Notes under the pieces: generated by a model
Told to the model about the DNA's origin: nothing
Databases searched by the model: none
What the model saw: only the letters and a program-made list of their open reading frames with translations
Source of the DNA: Candidatus Woesearchaeota archaeon
Lineage (GTDB): Archaea; Nanobdellota; Nanobdellia; Woesearchaeales; ARS49
Direction: 5' to 3'
Length of the DNA: 64,000 nucleotides
Assembly (NCBI GenBank): GCA_038868995.1
Contig: JAWCRZ010000001.1
Coordinates: forward strand, 34,269 to 98,268
Shown: positions 45,749 through 56,099 of the stretch, in pieces
Numbering within the stretch: position 1 is the first letter of the stretch
Layout: each line of letters opens with the position of its first letter
Made by a program: the position numbers and the translations under genes

Positions 45749-46669
45749 ATGATTATTCGCAGGTTGGTGAAAGCAGGACAGGCATCGCATACTATTTCTC
45801 TTCCTAAAGAATGGCTTGATCGTCATAAGTTAAAGAAGGGCGACTTGGTTTATTTGTATGAGAAAGGTGATAAGGAGCTTATCATTACGCCTGAGAGCAA
45901 GGCAGAAGAGGGAGTTCCTCAGAAAGAAATCACTATTTCTATTGATGGAAAAGATTTGAGCACGATTCAACGCGAAATTACCAGTGCTTATATTAACAAT
46001 TACAACACTATTGTTTTGAACGGTCAGACCATTACAAAGCAGACAAAAGAAATTCGCAAAATGCTGCATGACTTTGTTGCATTGGAAGTTGCTGACCAGA
46101 CGGCAAACAGCATCATAGCAAAGGATCTTTTGAACTTAAAGGAAATCAGCATTGACAAAACCCTCCGCCGAATGGACATGCTGGTTAGAAGCATGATTCA
46201 GGATTCCATTGCAGCATTGGACAATGCCGATCTCGCCCAGAGCGTACAGGTGAGGGATTACGAAGTAAATCGCGCTTATTTCCTGTTAATGCGTTTGTTG
46301 AAGAGTTCTCTTGCCAATAAGCAGATTGCTGATTTTTTCCAGTTGTCAAACGAAAAGGTGTTAAGCTATTATTATCTGACGATTAACTTGGAGAATTTTG
46401 CTGATTGTGCAAAGCAGTTGTCGGAATACTTGGCAAAGGAGAAGAAGAAGGATAAGCTTAAGGCCGTCTTCCAGAATGTTGAGAAGAATTATCTGGAAGT
46501 TATGAAAGCTTACTTTACAAAGGATAAGAAGCTTGCTGATGGTGTTGCATTGCAGCGAGAGGACTTGCTGAAAGAAGCGAGTGAGTTGCCTGCCGGAACT
46601 GCAGAACTCTTCAAGACGATGGTTACGTTGACAAATAATGTTGCCCGTTTGGTTATGGACGAGCAGTAG
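45749..46669 (+). CDS. AbrB-PhoU phosphate-uptake regulator
   Basis: RRLVKAGQAS.TISLPKEW AbrB head followed by PhoU-like helical repeats; GAGGTG RBS. Confidence 0.88.
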   Translation: MIIRRLVKAGQASHTISLPKEWLDRHKLKKGDLVYLYEKGDKELIITPESKAEEGVPQKEITISIDGKDLSTIQREITSAYINNYNTIVLNGQTITKQTKEIRKMLHDFVALEVADQTANSIIAKDLLNLKEISIDKTLRRMDMLVRSMIQDSIAALDNADLAQSVQVRDYEVNRAYFLLMRLLKSSLANKQIADFFQLSNEKVLSYYYLTINLENFADCAKQLSEYLAKEKKKDKLKAVFQNVEKNYLEVMKAYFTKDKKLADGVALQREDLLKEASELPAGTAELFKTMVTLTNNVARLVMDEQ

Positions 46670-47005
46670 TCAGATGGAGGATCCTTCTGTCACGACTCGG
46701 TCTCTCTGCCACATGTGCTCTTGGCCAAGTTCTTGAAGGGTTTTGCGCCTTAGGCACATAAAGCCGATTCTGCCTGATGGATGGAAGCTGTCGGGCGCCA
46801 CTTCGTAGCCGACCGGCACGAAGCCTGCCTGTTCCCACATGGCTTCTGCGCGCTGTTTTTCTTCAAGGGTCCTGTAGAATGCATAGGTTCGTTCTGCGCC
46901 GCAGTTGGGTGTTTTTGGTATGTTGCCGGTTATGGTGTCTGCTGTTATGACTGCAAGTGTGCTTACGAGGAAAATAGAAAAGAGAATGAAAAAATAAAAC
47001 CGCAT
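46670..47005 (-). CDS. Small secreted or membrane protein, paralog of next gene
   Basis: Hydrophobic N-terminus; C..xTYAF-x17-GFVPVG...CL motif. Confidence 0.65.
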   Translation of the reverse strand: MRFYFFILFSIFLVSTLAVITADTITGNIPKTPNCGAERTYAFYRTLEEKQRAEAMWEQAGFVPVGYEVAPDSFHPSGRIGFMCLRRKTLQELGQEHMWQRDRVVTEGSSI

Positions 47006-47496
47006 TACTTGTTCAAACTTGCCGGGTATGGATAGTTTGGTGGACTTGTAACATCCACTGGCATTTTTCCTATGTACGGCGCTGGGGAGTCGACATACAT
47101 CGGTGATGGGACTCCTGGTTCCCTGCCAGACAATGGCGTGCCATATACGATTTGTGCATGTTCAGGTGTTGCCTGGAATGGGCTGACCATTGGTGGGCAG
47201 AGGCACTGTCCGAAGAGAGGGTAGTTGTCTGCGATGTAGGTAAGTCCTACCTGTCCGACTGGTACAAAGCCGCGTGCCATGAAGCGCTGTGTCTGCATTG
47301 CAACTTCTGCTTGTGATGCTCCGAATGCAAACGTGCACGGGCTGTCGCAGAATCCTGATGGAGCGTCTCCGATAAGGGTTGGTACTGCTCCTGCGCTTTT
47401 TTTTGCGCCTGAGAACATGAGTACAAGCCCGATGACCGCAATAATTGCTATGATTCCAAGAATGACGAGTGCTATTCCTCGGTGTTGTTCTTCCAT
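47005..47496 (-). CDS. Membrane-anchored protein with class III-like signal peptide
   Basis: RG|IALVILGIIAIIAVIGLVLMF; CTFAF-x17-GFVPVG...CL; GAGGTG RBS. Confidence 0.75.
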   Translation of the reverse strand: MEEQHRGIALVILGIIAIIAVIGLVLMFSGAKKSAGAVPTLIGDAPSGFCDSPCTFAFGASQAEVAMQTQRFMARGFVPVGQVGLTYIADNYPLFGQCLCPPMVSPFQATPEHAQIVYGTPLSGREPGVPSPMYVDSPAPYIGKMPVDVTSPPNYPYPASLNK

Positions 47497-47595
47497 GACG
47501 TAATCACCTCATTTGAATATAATAGCCATTCTTAACTGCTTCTAATATATAAATGTTACTAAAACGTATACTGGCGCTTTTTTGGCATCGTAGGT

Positions 47596-47976
47596 CTATT
47601 TCCTTCCCTTTTTGAGCCGTTCAAAGCTTTCAGCCACGTCTATGACATATTTGCCTTCTTCCAGTTTGAATATGAGCGGTGCTCCTTTGAACAACTGCAC
47701 AAGGTCCAGTTCGTATTTGCCCGGCTCAATCACCCTGATTGATTCAAAGTCGAGTACCACAGGCAAATCTTCTTTGTAGCCTACAAGGTTGAGCACATCC
47801 TGTTCTATTTGTTTTTTTTGCTCTGGAAGCAGGTCTGCTGGCAGTGTTTTCTTTGCCGCTTCCAGTTTTTCTTTTTTGATGAAGAAGAACAGACGCGCGC
47901 CGCAGGGGCATCCTTTAAGTATTTCCTGTGCGCCGTCTTCATAGAAAGTGCTGCATCTGACGCACTGGTGTGGCAT
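47596..47976 (-). CDS. oapC: Zn-ribbon protein (OapC/DUF2072-like)
   Basis: MPHQCVRC...GCPCGARLFFF; ESIRV..PGKYELDL; GKYVID. Confidence 0.85.
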   Translation of the reverse strand: MPHQCVRCSTFYEDGAQEILKGCPCGARLFFFIKKEKLEAAKKTLPADLLPEQKKQIEQDVLNLVGYKEDLPVVLDFESIRVIEPGKYELDLVQLFKGAPLIFKLEEGKYVIDVAESFERLKKGRK

Positions 47977-47980
47977 TGCG

Positions 47981-48358
47981 CTAACGCTTGCGCGCCTCCT
48001 TGGTGAGCAGTTCAATCTTGTTTGGGTCTTTCTTGATGCTTTTGACAATGCTGCTTGGCCCTATTATTGTTAGTCCCTGTGTGTCTCCAAAGAGTGTGTT
48101 CATCATGCTGTACTTGAATTTCTGGAAGCCGTCCTGTGCGGTCTGTGCAGGGTTGATCACTGCCAGTTCAATACCTTTGAATTTTTTGTCAATTTCTTCC
48201 ATTGTTGTCTTGATTAGCTCCGCTTCCTCTTCTTTTCGCAATCTTCCTTGAAGCAGGACTATCTTGTTCATTTTTGCAATGTTTAGAAGTTTTCTTATTC
48301 TGCCCAATCCGCTTAGTCCTTCGATTTCAGTGTAGGGGACAAATTGTATTGTTACCAT
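47981..48358 (-). CDS. oapB: DUF2073-family protein (OapB-like)
   Basis: RIRKLL...IVLLQGRL..EEA.LI..TM; GLTIIGP. Confidence 0.85.
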   Translation of the reverse strand: MVTIQFVPYTEIEGLSGLGRIRKLLNIAKMNKIVLLQGRLRKEEEAELIKTTMEEIDKKFKGIELAVINPAQTAQDGFQKFKYSMMNTLFGDTQGLTIIGPSSIVKSIKKDPNKIELLTKEARKR

Positions 48359-48988
48359 TTATTTCCTCGCAAGTTCGAACAGTTTTTCGTAGAGCTTATC
48401 AACGCCCTTGCCGTATTTGGCGCTTATGCCCATGACCTCATATTGTGGGAATGCTGCTTGGACTTTTTTGACTTTACATTTGCGCAGGTCTGCCTTGTTT
48501 GCAACTATCAAAACTGGAATGTTGCGCGCTGCAAGGTTGCCTATAATTGTTACATTTACCTGGGAATACGGGTCTTCAGTGCCATCGAGAACGACAAGAA
48601 CCGTGTCGACTTCGTCCAGCCATTTTATGCTTTCAATTACGCCTTTGGTTGCCTCTCTTGCACGTTTTTTTGCCTGGCTTGCCGACATGCCTGTTTTCAT
48701 AAAATCCTCATAATCTATTTTGGTGGCAATGCCGGGTGTGTCGACAAGGTTAAAAGTAAGTTCCTGCCCTTTTTTTCCTTTGATTGTAATTTTTTCTTTT
48801 ACATTCACTTCGCGCGTTTCGTGGGCAATCGGAGAGACCTTTCCCATTTCTTCACCGAGCCAGTCGAGGCAGATTTTGTTGGCAAGTGTCGTCTTGCCGG
48901 AGTTTGGCGGCCCGTAAAGACCGAGCTTGAAGTTTTGTTTCGGCCCGTTGAGAAAATACATGAAAAAATTTTTTATTTTTTTTAGCAT
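48359..48988 (-). CDS. oapA: Era-like small GTPase (OapA-like)
   Basis: GPPNSGKT, HETRE, DTPG, NKAD, SAK motifs; clustered with the two genes above. Confidence 0.88.
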   Translation of the reverse strand: MLKKIKNFFMYFLNGPKQNFKLGLYGPPNSGKTTLANKICLDWLGEEMGKVSPIAHETREVNVKEKITIKGKKGQELTFNLVDTPGIATKIDYEDFMKTGMSASQAKKRAREATKGVIESIKWLDEVDTVLVVLDGTEDPYSQVNVTIIGNLAARNIPVLIVANKADLRKCKVKKVQAAFPQYEVMGISAKYGKGVDKLYEKLFELARK

Positions 48989-49047
48989 ACACCCACCTTT
49001 TTCAACAATTTGTCCGCTCAGTTAGTATATATAGCTTTCGTTGCTGC

Positions 49048-49186
49048 GGGTGCTGTCAACTTAATGGTGCTGGCCGCTCTGCCTCGGCTTCGCTGAGGTC
49101 ATTTTTCTCTCCTCCGCACCTGCGAGGAGGGGAGAAAAATGAGTCCAGAGGACCAGAGCAGTCAGCACCAGAAACTTGACTTAACC
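49048..49186. repeat. Dispersed palindromic element, copy 2
   Basis: GGGTGCTGTCAACTTAA-TGGTGCTG...CAGCACCA-GAAACTTGACTTAACC. Confidence 0.9.
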
Positions 49187-49231
49187 GTTACTGCGCAAGA
49201 TTTATAATGGATTCGTGCATATGCCAGGTCG

Positions 49232-49420
49232 ATGAAAAAAGAAGTGCGAAAGGCAATGGAGAAAGCAAAAGAGCTGGAAAAAATTCCATTACCCAGCAAA
49301 CAAGAAATAACGACAATTTACAAGGAAGGAATGCAGGAAGCTGAAAAGCTCAGAAAATTGCTCAAGCCGGCATGGTTTATGCACGACACCGGCGTGAAAA
49401 AGCGCAGGCGCAAAAAATAA
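49232..49420 (+). CDS. Small basic hypothetical protein
   Basis: 62-aa helical ORF with a TTTATAAT box upstream (49200-49207). Confidence 0.5.
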   Translation: MKKEVRKAMEKAKELEKIPLPSKQEITTIYKEGMQEAEKLRKLLKPAWFMHDTGVKKRRRKK

Positions 49421-49573
49421 TTCTTCCAACATATCGACGGAAAACCACATTTCCACCGTCGAGGAAAAAGAAAACTTTATAAAGAACCACGCATTTCAGA
49501 AAAAAGTCAAAAATAGACGGGGGGACGGTTTCAAAGGTTGAACCACACCTTCTAAAAAAGACGGAGGAAAAAA

Positions 49574-49804
49574 ATGGCAGAAAAAGTTGCAAAAGTTGGC
49601 GTCAAGAAAGCAGACGGCTATCTCTACTTTGTAGACAAGCAGGGAGATGTTTCCCGTGCAAAGATGGCACGCGGCCGCAAGGGCAAAGCCGGCAAAGCCG
49701 AAAAGGTTGCAAAAGTCGGTGTCAAGAAAGTTGCAGGATACTTGTACTTCGTTGACAAGTCCGGCGATGTGTCACGCGCAAAGATGGCACGCGGCGGCAG
49801 ATAA
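49574..49804 (+). CDS. Cc1-like small chromatin protein with an internal tandem duplication
   Basis: Two near-identical units KVAKVGVKK..GYLYFVDK.GDVSRAKMARG; GGAGG RBS; family call from memory. Confidence 0.65.
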   Translation: MAEKVAKVGVKKADGYLYFVDKQGDVSRAKMARGRKGKAGKAEKVAKVGVKKVAGYLYFVDKSGDVSRAKMARGGR

Positions 49805-49887
49805 AATATTTTTTATTTTCAGATTTTTGATTTCTATTTTCCACTTACACAAATAATATATAGCGCAAGGATTCGAGTTTTCTCGTC

Positions 49888-51387
49888 GTGACCAAAGGGT
49901 TGATTATTGGGGGAGAGTTTGGCAATATTCTTGTTAGGCAGAAGACGGATGAGGCGCTTGAGCTGGGCGAATTGCTGATTGCTGATACAAAAAATGGGCA
50001 GATGTTGTTGCAAGTTTTTGATTTGTTGTATGGCTCTCAGCTTACACAGCAGCACATTGAACTTATTTCCGGCATGAAGTTGGAAGAGGATGACAAGCTT
50101 GAGTTGATGGATTCGAAACTGCGCACCTATGTTCTTGCTCGTTTGAAGAATCTGGCATTTGTTGCGAACAATTATGCAAGAAGTGCAAAGACGTTGCCTA
50201 CTTTTTTTACAAAAGTGCGCGAGATTGTTGCAAGTGATGTTTCTTTCCTTACAACTCCACCCGACCCTTTGCTTTTGGGAAAGCTGAGAAGCGGTTCGAG
50301 GGAATTGGAAGTGCCGGTTTCAATTAACGGCCGTCTTGCATTGAGCCATCACGTGCTTATTGCCGGTACTACTGGTCGTGGCAAGAGTGTTTTGATGACG
50401 AATATTTTGTGGGACACGCTTGGCAAGGGTTATTGCTCAATGTTGGTGCTTGACCCGCATGATGAATATTATGAAAAATTGCAGAAGCATCCTGATGCGC
50501 GTGATAAAGTTGTGTATTATACCCCTCATAATCCGCCGCCTGGGACAAGAACGCTGAAAATTCATGTTGGCCAGCTTGCGCCCAAACATTTTGATGGAGT
50601 GGTCGACTGGAGTGATGCGCAGCAGCAGGCGTTGTATGCATATTATCAGAAATACAGAGATGCATGGATCGAAGCGATTCTGCGCGACCATGAGATTCAC
50701 GGCTTTATGGAGGGCACTCTTGCCGTCATCAAAAGGGTTCTTATGCTCCTGTTGCGGATTGATGTCGATGATGAGCAAAACATTTTGTGCAGAGGAATTT
50801 TTGACACAACTGCCGGCGAAACAACAATTCCGGATATCGTCAGTGCATTGCAGCAGGGAAAAACGGTTATTATTGACACCAGCGGCTTTCACGGCAATGT
50901 GGAGATTCTTGTAGGCAGTATGATTGCGCACATGGTGCTTGAGCGCCACAAGACGTATTCTTTGCAGGAGATGAAATCAAAACCTGTTGTGAGCATTGTC
51001 CTCGAGGAAGCGCCGAGAGTTCTTGGAAAGGATGTTCTTGAGCGTGGTCCGAATGTTTTTTCCACGATTGCAAGGGAAGGCAGGAAGTTTAATGTTGGCT
51101 TGCTCGCAATTACTCAGCTTCCTTCCTTGATTCCGCGCGAGGTGCTTGCAAACATAAACACTAAAATTATTCTTGGGATAGAATTAAAGCCTGAACGCCA
51201 GGCAATTATTGAGAGTGCTGCGCAGGACTTGAGCAGCGATGAAAGAATGATTGCTTCTCTTGACAAGGGAGAGGCGATTGTTACAAGCAATTTTTTGAGC
51301 TTTGCCATGCCGATAAAAGTGCGGCATGAAGAGCATAAAGCTGCTGCAAAACCTCGCCAGAGTTTTGGAGGATTAAAGTTGTCATGA
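49888..51387 (+). CDS. herA: HerA-like (DUF87) helicase/ATPase
   Basis: N-terminal HAS-barrel-like region; [29 protein letters not shown]. Confidence 0.88.
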   Translation: MTKGLIIGGEFGNILVRQKTDEALELGELLIADTKNGQMLLQVFDLLYGSQLTQQHIELISGMKLEEDDKLELMDSKLRTYVLARLKNLAFVANNYARSAKTLPTFFTKVREIVASDVSFLTTPPDPLLLGKLRSGSRELEVPVSINGRLALSHHVLIAGTTGRGKSVLMTNILWDTLGKGYCSMLVLDPHDEYYEKLQKHPDARDKVVYYTPHNPPPGTRTLKIHVGQLAPKHFDGVVDWSDAQQQALYAYYQKYRDAWIEAILRDHEIHGFMEGTLAVIKRVLMLLLRIDVDDEQNILCRGIFDTTAGETTIPDIVSALQQGKTVIIDTSGFHGNVEILVGSMIAHMVLERHKTYSLQEMKSKPVVSIVLEEAPRVLGKDVLERGPNVFSTIAREGRKFNVGLLAITQLPSLIPREVLANINTKIILGIELKPERQAIIESAAQDLSSDERMIASLDKGEAIVTSNFLSFAMPIKVRHEEHKAAAKPRQSFGGLKLS

Positions 51388-52583
51388 AGTTTGCACATTT
51401 GTCTGACTGCCATTTGGGAGCGCATCGGGATCTTAAATTAAGAGATGCTAATACAAGGTCTTTTATTATGGCAATTGACAAATGCATGGAGGAAAAAGTT
51501 GATTTTGTTCTTATTGCAGGTGACTTGTTTGATACTGCGGTGCCGGTAATTGATATTCTTAAAATAGCCATGAAACAGCTTAAACGATTGAAAAACGCCA
51601 AGATACCTGTTTACTTGATAGCTGGAAGCCATGATTTTTCACCGAGTGGAAAAACAATGCTGGATATTCTTGAAGAGGCGAATCTTGCGGTGAATGTAGC
51701 ACGATGCGAACCTTTGCCTAATGATAAAATCAAGCTTCTTTTTACGATTGATGAAAAAACCGGTGCCAAAATTACTGGAATACCTGGAAGAAAAGGGGGT
51801 CTTGATAAGGCATACTACTACCACATAGCAAGAGAATTCTTGGAAAAAGAGCAGGGATTCAAGATTTTTATGTTCCACGGAACTATAGACGAATTGAAGA
51901 CAAGGAAATTCCAAAAAGTTGAGGGTATGGCGCTTTCTTTGATGCCGGAAGGATTTGATTATTATGCAGGCGGGCATTTGCATTTTGTCAGAAGAGATTC
52001 ATTTGGAAAATACAAAAATGCGGTATATCCGGGTCCAATTTTTCCAAACAGTTTTGATGAAATAGAGGACTTAAAACATGGAAGTTTCGCAATTTTTGAG
52101 GATGGCAACATTAAAATTGTAAGCTTGCCTGTTAATCCGGTTGTTTGCATAACTGTCGATGCTGAACAAAAAACTCCATCTGAAGTTGAAGCCATGATTA
52201 AAAAGCAATTGTCGGAAAATGATTTAACTGATGCAATTGTAGCCATTCGTGTATTCGGATGTTTGAGACAAGGCAAAACTGCCGATATAAGATGGAATGA
52301 TATCTATCACGATTGCTATTCAAAAAAAGCATTTTGTGTAAAGCATAATGCCAACGCATTGACCAGCAGGGAAATGGAAGTTATCATGGTCAAGGAGGCG
52401 AATGTTGAGGAAGTTGAGGATTCACTTCTCAAACAGCACGCAAGTCAGTTCAAATTGTCGACTAATGATGTCGAGCTCGCAAAAAAGCTGATGCATTGCT
52501 TGTCGGCAGAGAAAGCTGAAGGGGAAAGAAACGCTGATTTTGAGGCAAGGGTGCATTCCGAGTTGGATAAGCTGTTTGGGTAG
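51384..52583 (+). CDS. mre11: Mre11/SbcD nuclease
   Basis: SDCHLG, AGDLFD, AGSHD, FHG and GGHLH motifs. Confidence 0.88.
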   Translation: MKFAHLSDCHLGAHRDLKLRDANTRSFIMAIDKCMEEKVDFVLIAGDLFDTAVPVIDILKIAMKQLKRLKNAKIPVYLIAGSHDFSPSGKTMLDILEEANLAVNVARCEPLPNDKIKLLFTIDEKTGAKITGIPGRKGGLDKAYYYHIAREFLEKEQGFKIFMFHGTIDELKTRKFQKVEGMALSLMPEGFDYYAGGHLHFVRRDSFGKYKNAVYPGPIFPNSFDEIEDLKHGSFAIFEDGNIKIVSLPVNPVVCITVDAEQKTPSEVEAMIKKQLSENDLTDAIVAIRVFGCLRQGKTADIRWNDIYHDCYSKKAFCVKHNANALTSREMEVIMVKEANVEEVEDSLLKQHASQFKLSTNDVELAKKLMHCLSAEKAEGERNADFEARVHSELDKLFG

Positions 52584-52630
52584 TACTTTCGTACCAAATC
52601 CTAATATATTCCGTGGGTTCTGTTTTTTGC

Positions 52631-52996
52631 ATGCATCCGATTGAAGTCATTGCTGCATTTGGAGCGGTTTTCATTCTTGTGAAAATACTTCTTGTGCTTT
52701 TAGCCAGAAATACCATGTTTTCTTTTGCAAATAGCATGATTGATTCTGCAAACCTGTTAAGGTGGGCATATCTTGCTCTGGCTTTACTTCTTGGTTACTT
52801 TGTCGTTCAGAGCGTTGGAATTGTGGTTCTTTTTGCCGCGGGAATTGTGGGCGCATTGGCTTTTGATTTTATTCTGCTCAAATACAAGAAAACAATGAAA
52901 GTCATGCTGAAGGAAGCGTTCGAGACAACTGATTTGTTTGGTTATGCTTTTTTTGCAATTATTGCAATATGGGTTTTGTGGACTTTGTTTGGCTGA
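52631..52996 (+). CDS. Hypothetical membrane protein (about 4 TM)
   Basis: Hydrophobic ORF; start MHPIE. Confidence 0.7.
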   Translation: MHPIEVIAAFGAVFILVKILLVLLARNTMFSFANSMIDSANLLRWAYLALALLLGYFVVQSVGIVVLFAAGIVGALAFDFILLKYKKTMKVMLKEAFETTDLFGYAFFAIIAIWVLWTLFG

Positions 52997-54370
52997 TTAT
53001 TTAAGCAGCCCTTTCAGCAATTCCTGTACCACTTGTGCTGATGCGGTTCCTTTTGATGCCCGCATGACTTGTCCTACGAGGAACATTAGCGATTTCTGCT
53101 CGCCTTTTTTGTAATCTTCAACTGCTTTTTGATTTTTGGAAATAACATCCTTGCAGATGCTTTCAAGTGCTTCTTCATCCGTTACCATTGTCAAACTCTT
53201 TTCCTTGACATAAGCTGAAGGTGAGAATTTCTTTTCTGCAAGTTGTTCTATAAGCCGTTGTGCCACGCGATTGTTTATTTTTTTGTCAGCGAACAGCTTG
53301 AGTAATTCAATTAATCCTTCCGCATCAAATGCCGTTTCTTTAAGTGATTTTTTCTTGTCATTCAGCAATCTTAGAACTTCTCTTCTTACCCATCGTGACG
53401 CCAATATCGGATCGACTTTTTTTGCTATTTGTTCGAACAACACTGCAACTTCAAGGTCTGCTGCAATAATTCTAGCATCATTTTCATCTATTTTCCATTC
53501 TTTTACCCAGCGCAGTGCGCGTTGTTCTCCAAGCTCAGGTATGCTTTCCTGCACTTTGCGTATCCATTCCTTTGAAATCTCGAAAAGCGGCAGATCTGGC
53601 TCCACTATGTAGCCGTAGTCCTCTTCCTGCTCTTTGCTGCGCATGTGAAATGTTATCCCTTTGTCCGCATCCCATCCGCGCGTCTCTCTTTTGACTTCCT
53701 GCTGTTTCTGTCTTTGGACTTCATAGTTCAAGGCTCTTTCAATTTCTTTGAATCCAGTTATGTTTTTTATCTCAACACGCGCGTAATTTCTTTCTTTGAT
53801 GGAAACATTTGCGTCCGCCTTGATTATACAAGTATTTTCGTCAAAAATGCCGAGATAGCCGAGAACATTCATTAGTTTTTTCATGAATTCGCGTGCTTCT
53901 GCCGGCGAGCTCATGTCAGGCAGGGTAACTATCTCGCATAGTGGAATTCCGCTTCTGTTGTAGTCAATAAGGGAGCTTCCTGCTTCGTGTATTAATGCGC
54001 CTGGGTCTTCTTCTATGTGTACGCGTTGTATTCTGATGACTTTTTTGTTGTCAAGCACGATTTGCCCGTTGCTGCCGAGCGGGACTTCATACTGTGTTAT
54101 TTGGAAATTTTTGGCAAGGTCTGGATAGAAGTATGTTTTTCGTGAAAAAACTACTGTAGGGGAGATGCTGCAGCCGAGTGCGAGTGCGAGCTTTGTTCCG
54201 TATTCAAGTGCTGCTGCGTTTAATACGGGTTTGCTTCCAGGATGTCCTAAGCATGTCGGGCAGATGGCGGTATTTGGCTCTGTTGTTTCTGTCGGGCAGC
54301 TGCAGAATAGTTTGGTTTTTGTTTTCAACTGCACATGGATTTCCAGTCCGATGACTACGTCATTTTCCAT
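52997..54370 (-). CDS. gatB: Asp/Glu-tRNA amidotransferase subunit B
   Basis: IGLEIHVQL..TKLFC, RKTYFYPDL, EEDPG, NRSGIPLCEIV; YqeY-like tail. Confidence 0.97.
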   Translation of the reverse strand: MENDVVIGLEIHVQLKTKTKLFCSCPTETTEPNTAICPTCLGHPGSKPVLNAAALEYGTKLALALGCSISPTVVFSRKTYFYPDLAKNFQITQYEVPLGSNGQIVLDNKKVIRIQRVHIEEDPGALIHEAGSSLIDYNRSGIPLCEIVTLPDMSSPAEAREFMKKLMNVLGYLGIFDENTCIIKADANVSIKERNYARVEIKNITGFKEIERALNYEVQRQKQQEVKRETRGWDADKGITFHMRSKEQEEDYGYIVEPDLPLFEISKEWIRKVQESIPELGEQRALRWVKEWKIDENDARIIAADLEVAVLFEQIAKKVDPILASRWVRREVLRLLNDKKKSLKETAFDAEGLIELLKLFADKKINNRVAQRLIEQLAEKKFSPSAYVKEKSLTMVTDEEALESICKDVISKNQKAVEDYKKGEQKSLMFLVGQVMRASKGTASAQVVQELLKGLLK

Positions 54371-55769
54371 GTGCTTTTGCCACCTGTATGATTTTTTGTT
54401 CCGCAAAATGCGGGCCTGTTATCATCATGCCCACGGGCAATCCATTGCTTTCTCCGCATGGGATTGAAATGTGAGGCAGTCCTGCTAAGTTTGGTGATAC
54501 TGTAAGAATGTCCATGGCATAATTCTGCAAAGGCGTTAACTTTTTTATCTCTTCAAATGTAGGTGCTGTAATGGGCATTGTTGGCGTGATTAAAACGTCA
54601 ACTTGTTTGAATGCGGCCGCGTATTCTTGAAGTATTTTTGTCCTGATTTGTGCTGCTTTTTTGTAGAATGCGTCTCTGTATCCAGCCATTCTTGCAAAAG
54701 TGCCGAGCAATAATCTTCTTTTTGCCTCTTCGCCGAAATTGTTTGTGCGCACTCGTGAAAAATATTCATTATATGTTCCTGTCAGCTGTTCTGACGCGCC
54801 GTATCTGATGCCGCAGTATTTTGCAAGGTTGGTGCTTGCTTCGGTCATTGCAAGGGTATAGTATGCTGCCAGTCCGTATTTCATTGAAATTGGCAAGCTT
54901 ATTTCAATTCTTCGCGCTCCTTTTTGCTCCAGCTGGTAGATTGCTTCGAGAACGTTTTTTCTGACTTTGTTGTCTATGCCTTCCGCAAACGCTTCCTTAA
55001 CAATGCCGATTTTAAGCCCATTAATGGCACCGGGCGTGTCGAGCGCTGGAACTGGCAGTTCTGCTGATGTGCTGTCGTGTGCGTCTTTTCCTGAGATTAT
55101 TTCCAATAATAGTGCTGCATCATCAACCGTGAGCGCCATCGTGCCGATTTTGTCCAAGCTGTTTGCGTAATCAATTAGGCCATAGCGCGAAACGCGGCCG
55201 TAGGTTGGGCAGATTCCTACGACACCGCAGAATGCTGCAGGGTCTGCTATGCTGCCGCCTGTGCTTTCTGCCAATGCAAGATGTGGAAATGTTGCTTTTT
55301 TTGTTAGTCCTGCTGCTCCTCCTGAGCTGCCTCCGGTTGCTCTTTTTCTGTCAATCGGGTTTAATGGTTTTTCATATCCCTTTCCTACATTGGTTGAAAA
55401 TCCTCCAAATCCGAATTCGTCCTGTACTGTCTTGCCGAGAATTATGGCGCCTTCGCGCAGGCATTTTTCTACTGCTGTTGCGTTAAACACTGGCTTGTAT
55501 GTTTTCAGTATTGCGCTGCTTGCCGTGCTTTCTATATTTTTAACGCAGATGTTGTCTTTCACCGAGATAAGCACGCCGAATAATCTGCCGTGTGCAGTGC
55601 CTTTCTTTACTTGTTCTTGCAGTTCTTTTGCGCGCTCTGCTGCGTCTGCAAATGATGAGATGTAGCGGTATTCTTTGTTGATTTTTTCTGCTTCTTCGAG
55701 CGCTTTTTCTGTGTGTGTTACTATGTCAATCTTTCCTGCTATTGCGTCTTTGACGAATTGTTTTATCAT
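54360..55769 (-). CDS. gatA: Amidotransferase subunit A
   Basis: SVKDNI, GGSSGG, TGGSI amidase signature; RRLLLGTF. Confidence 0.95.
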   Translation of the reverse strand: MIKQFVKDAIAGKIDIVTHTEKALEEAEKINKEYRYISSFADAAERAKELQEQVKKGTAHGRLFGVLISVKDNICVKNIESTASSAILKTYKPVFNATAVEKCLREGAIILGKTVQDEFGFGGFSTNVGKGYEKPLNPIDRKRATGGSSGGAAGLTKKATFPHLALAESTGGSIADPAAFCGVVGICPTYGRVSRYGLIDYANSLDKIGTMALTVDDAALLLEIISGKDAHDSTSAELPVPALDTPGAINGLKIGIVKEAFAEGIDNKVRKNVLEAIYQLEQKGARRIEISLPISMKYGLAAYYTLAMTEASTNLAKYCGIRYGASEQLTGTYNEYFSRVRTNNFGEEAKRRLLLGTFARMAGYRDAFYKKAAQIRTKILQEYAAAFKQVDVLITPTMPITAPTFEEIKKLTPLQNYAMDILTVSPNLAGLPHISIPCGESNGLPVGMMITGPHFAEQKIIQVAKAHGK

Positions 55770-56056
55770 AGTACTTTTGGTCCTTTGAAGTACGTGTTTT
55801 TTTTGTGAGGAGTGAGAGAAAGTGCTTTTTCCCTGTCAAGGCATTGCTCTGGCTTGTCTTCGCGTGCTACATTTTTGACTGGGATTGGGTGGAAGCTTGG
55901 CTCTACATTTGTCGTCTCAACTTCTGCGAGTTTTTCAAATGCTGCGAGAATGTCTTTCATTTCTGCTGCAAATTTTTTTATTTCCTCTTCTTTCAGGTTG
56001 AGACGTGCGTTTGCAGCTACTCTTTTTACCAGTTCGGGAGTGATATCCATAACCAT
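55766..56056 (-). CDS. gatC: Amidotransferase subunit C
   Basis: VAANARLNL..EE...F..EM..IL; YFKGPKVL. Confidence 0.92.
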   Translation of the reverse strand: MVMDITPELVKRVAANARLNLKEEEIKKFAAEMKDILAAFEKLAEVETTNVEPSFHPIPVKNVAREDKPEQCLDREKALSLTPHKKNTYFKGPKVL

Positions 56057-56099
56057 GACAGCGGGATTGGGAGGTGTAGTCCCCTTCGGTATGCAATGA

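Noticed and set aside
49048-49186. Repeat as an IscB/TnpB omega-RNA or HEARO locus (GTCAAC start)
   Set aside because: No RuvC/HNH nuclease or TnpA adjacent to any copy; similarity limited to a few bases.
49520-49550. Possible ORB (G-string next to GTTTCAAAGGTTGAAC)
   Set aside because: The G-string is on the wrong strand and side relative to the ORB consensus; single copy; better read as a 5' UTR hairpin.
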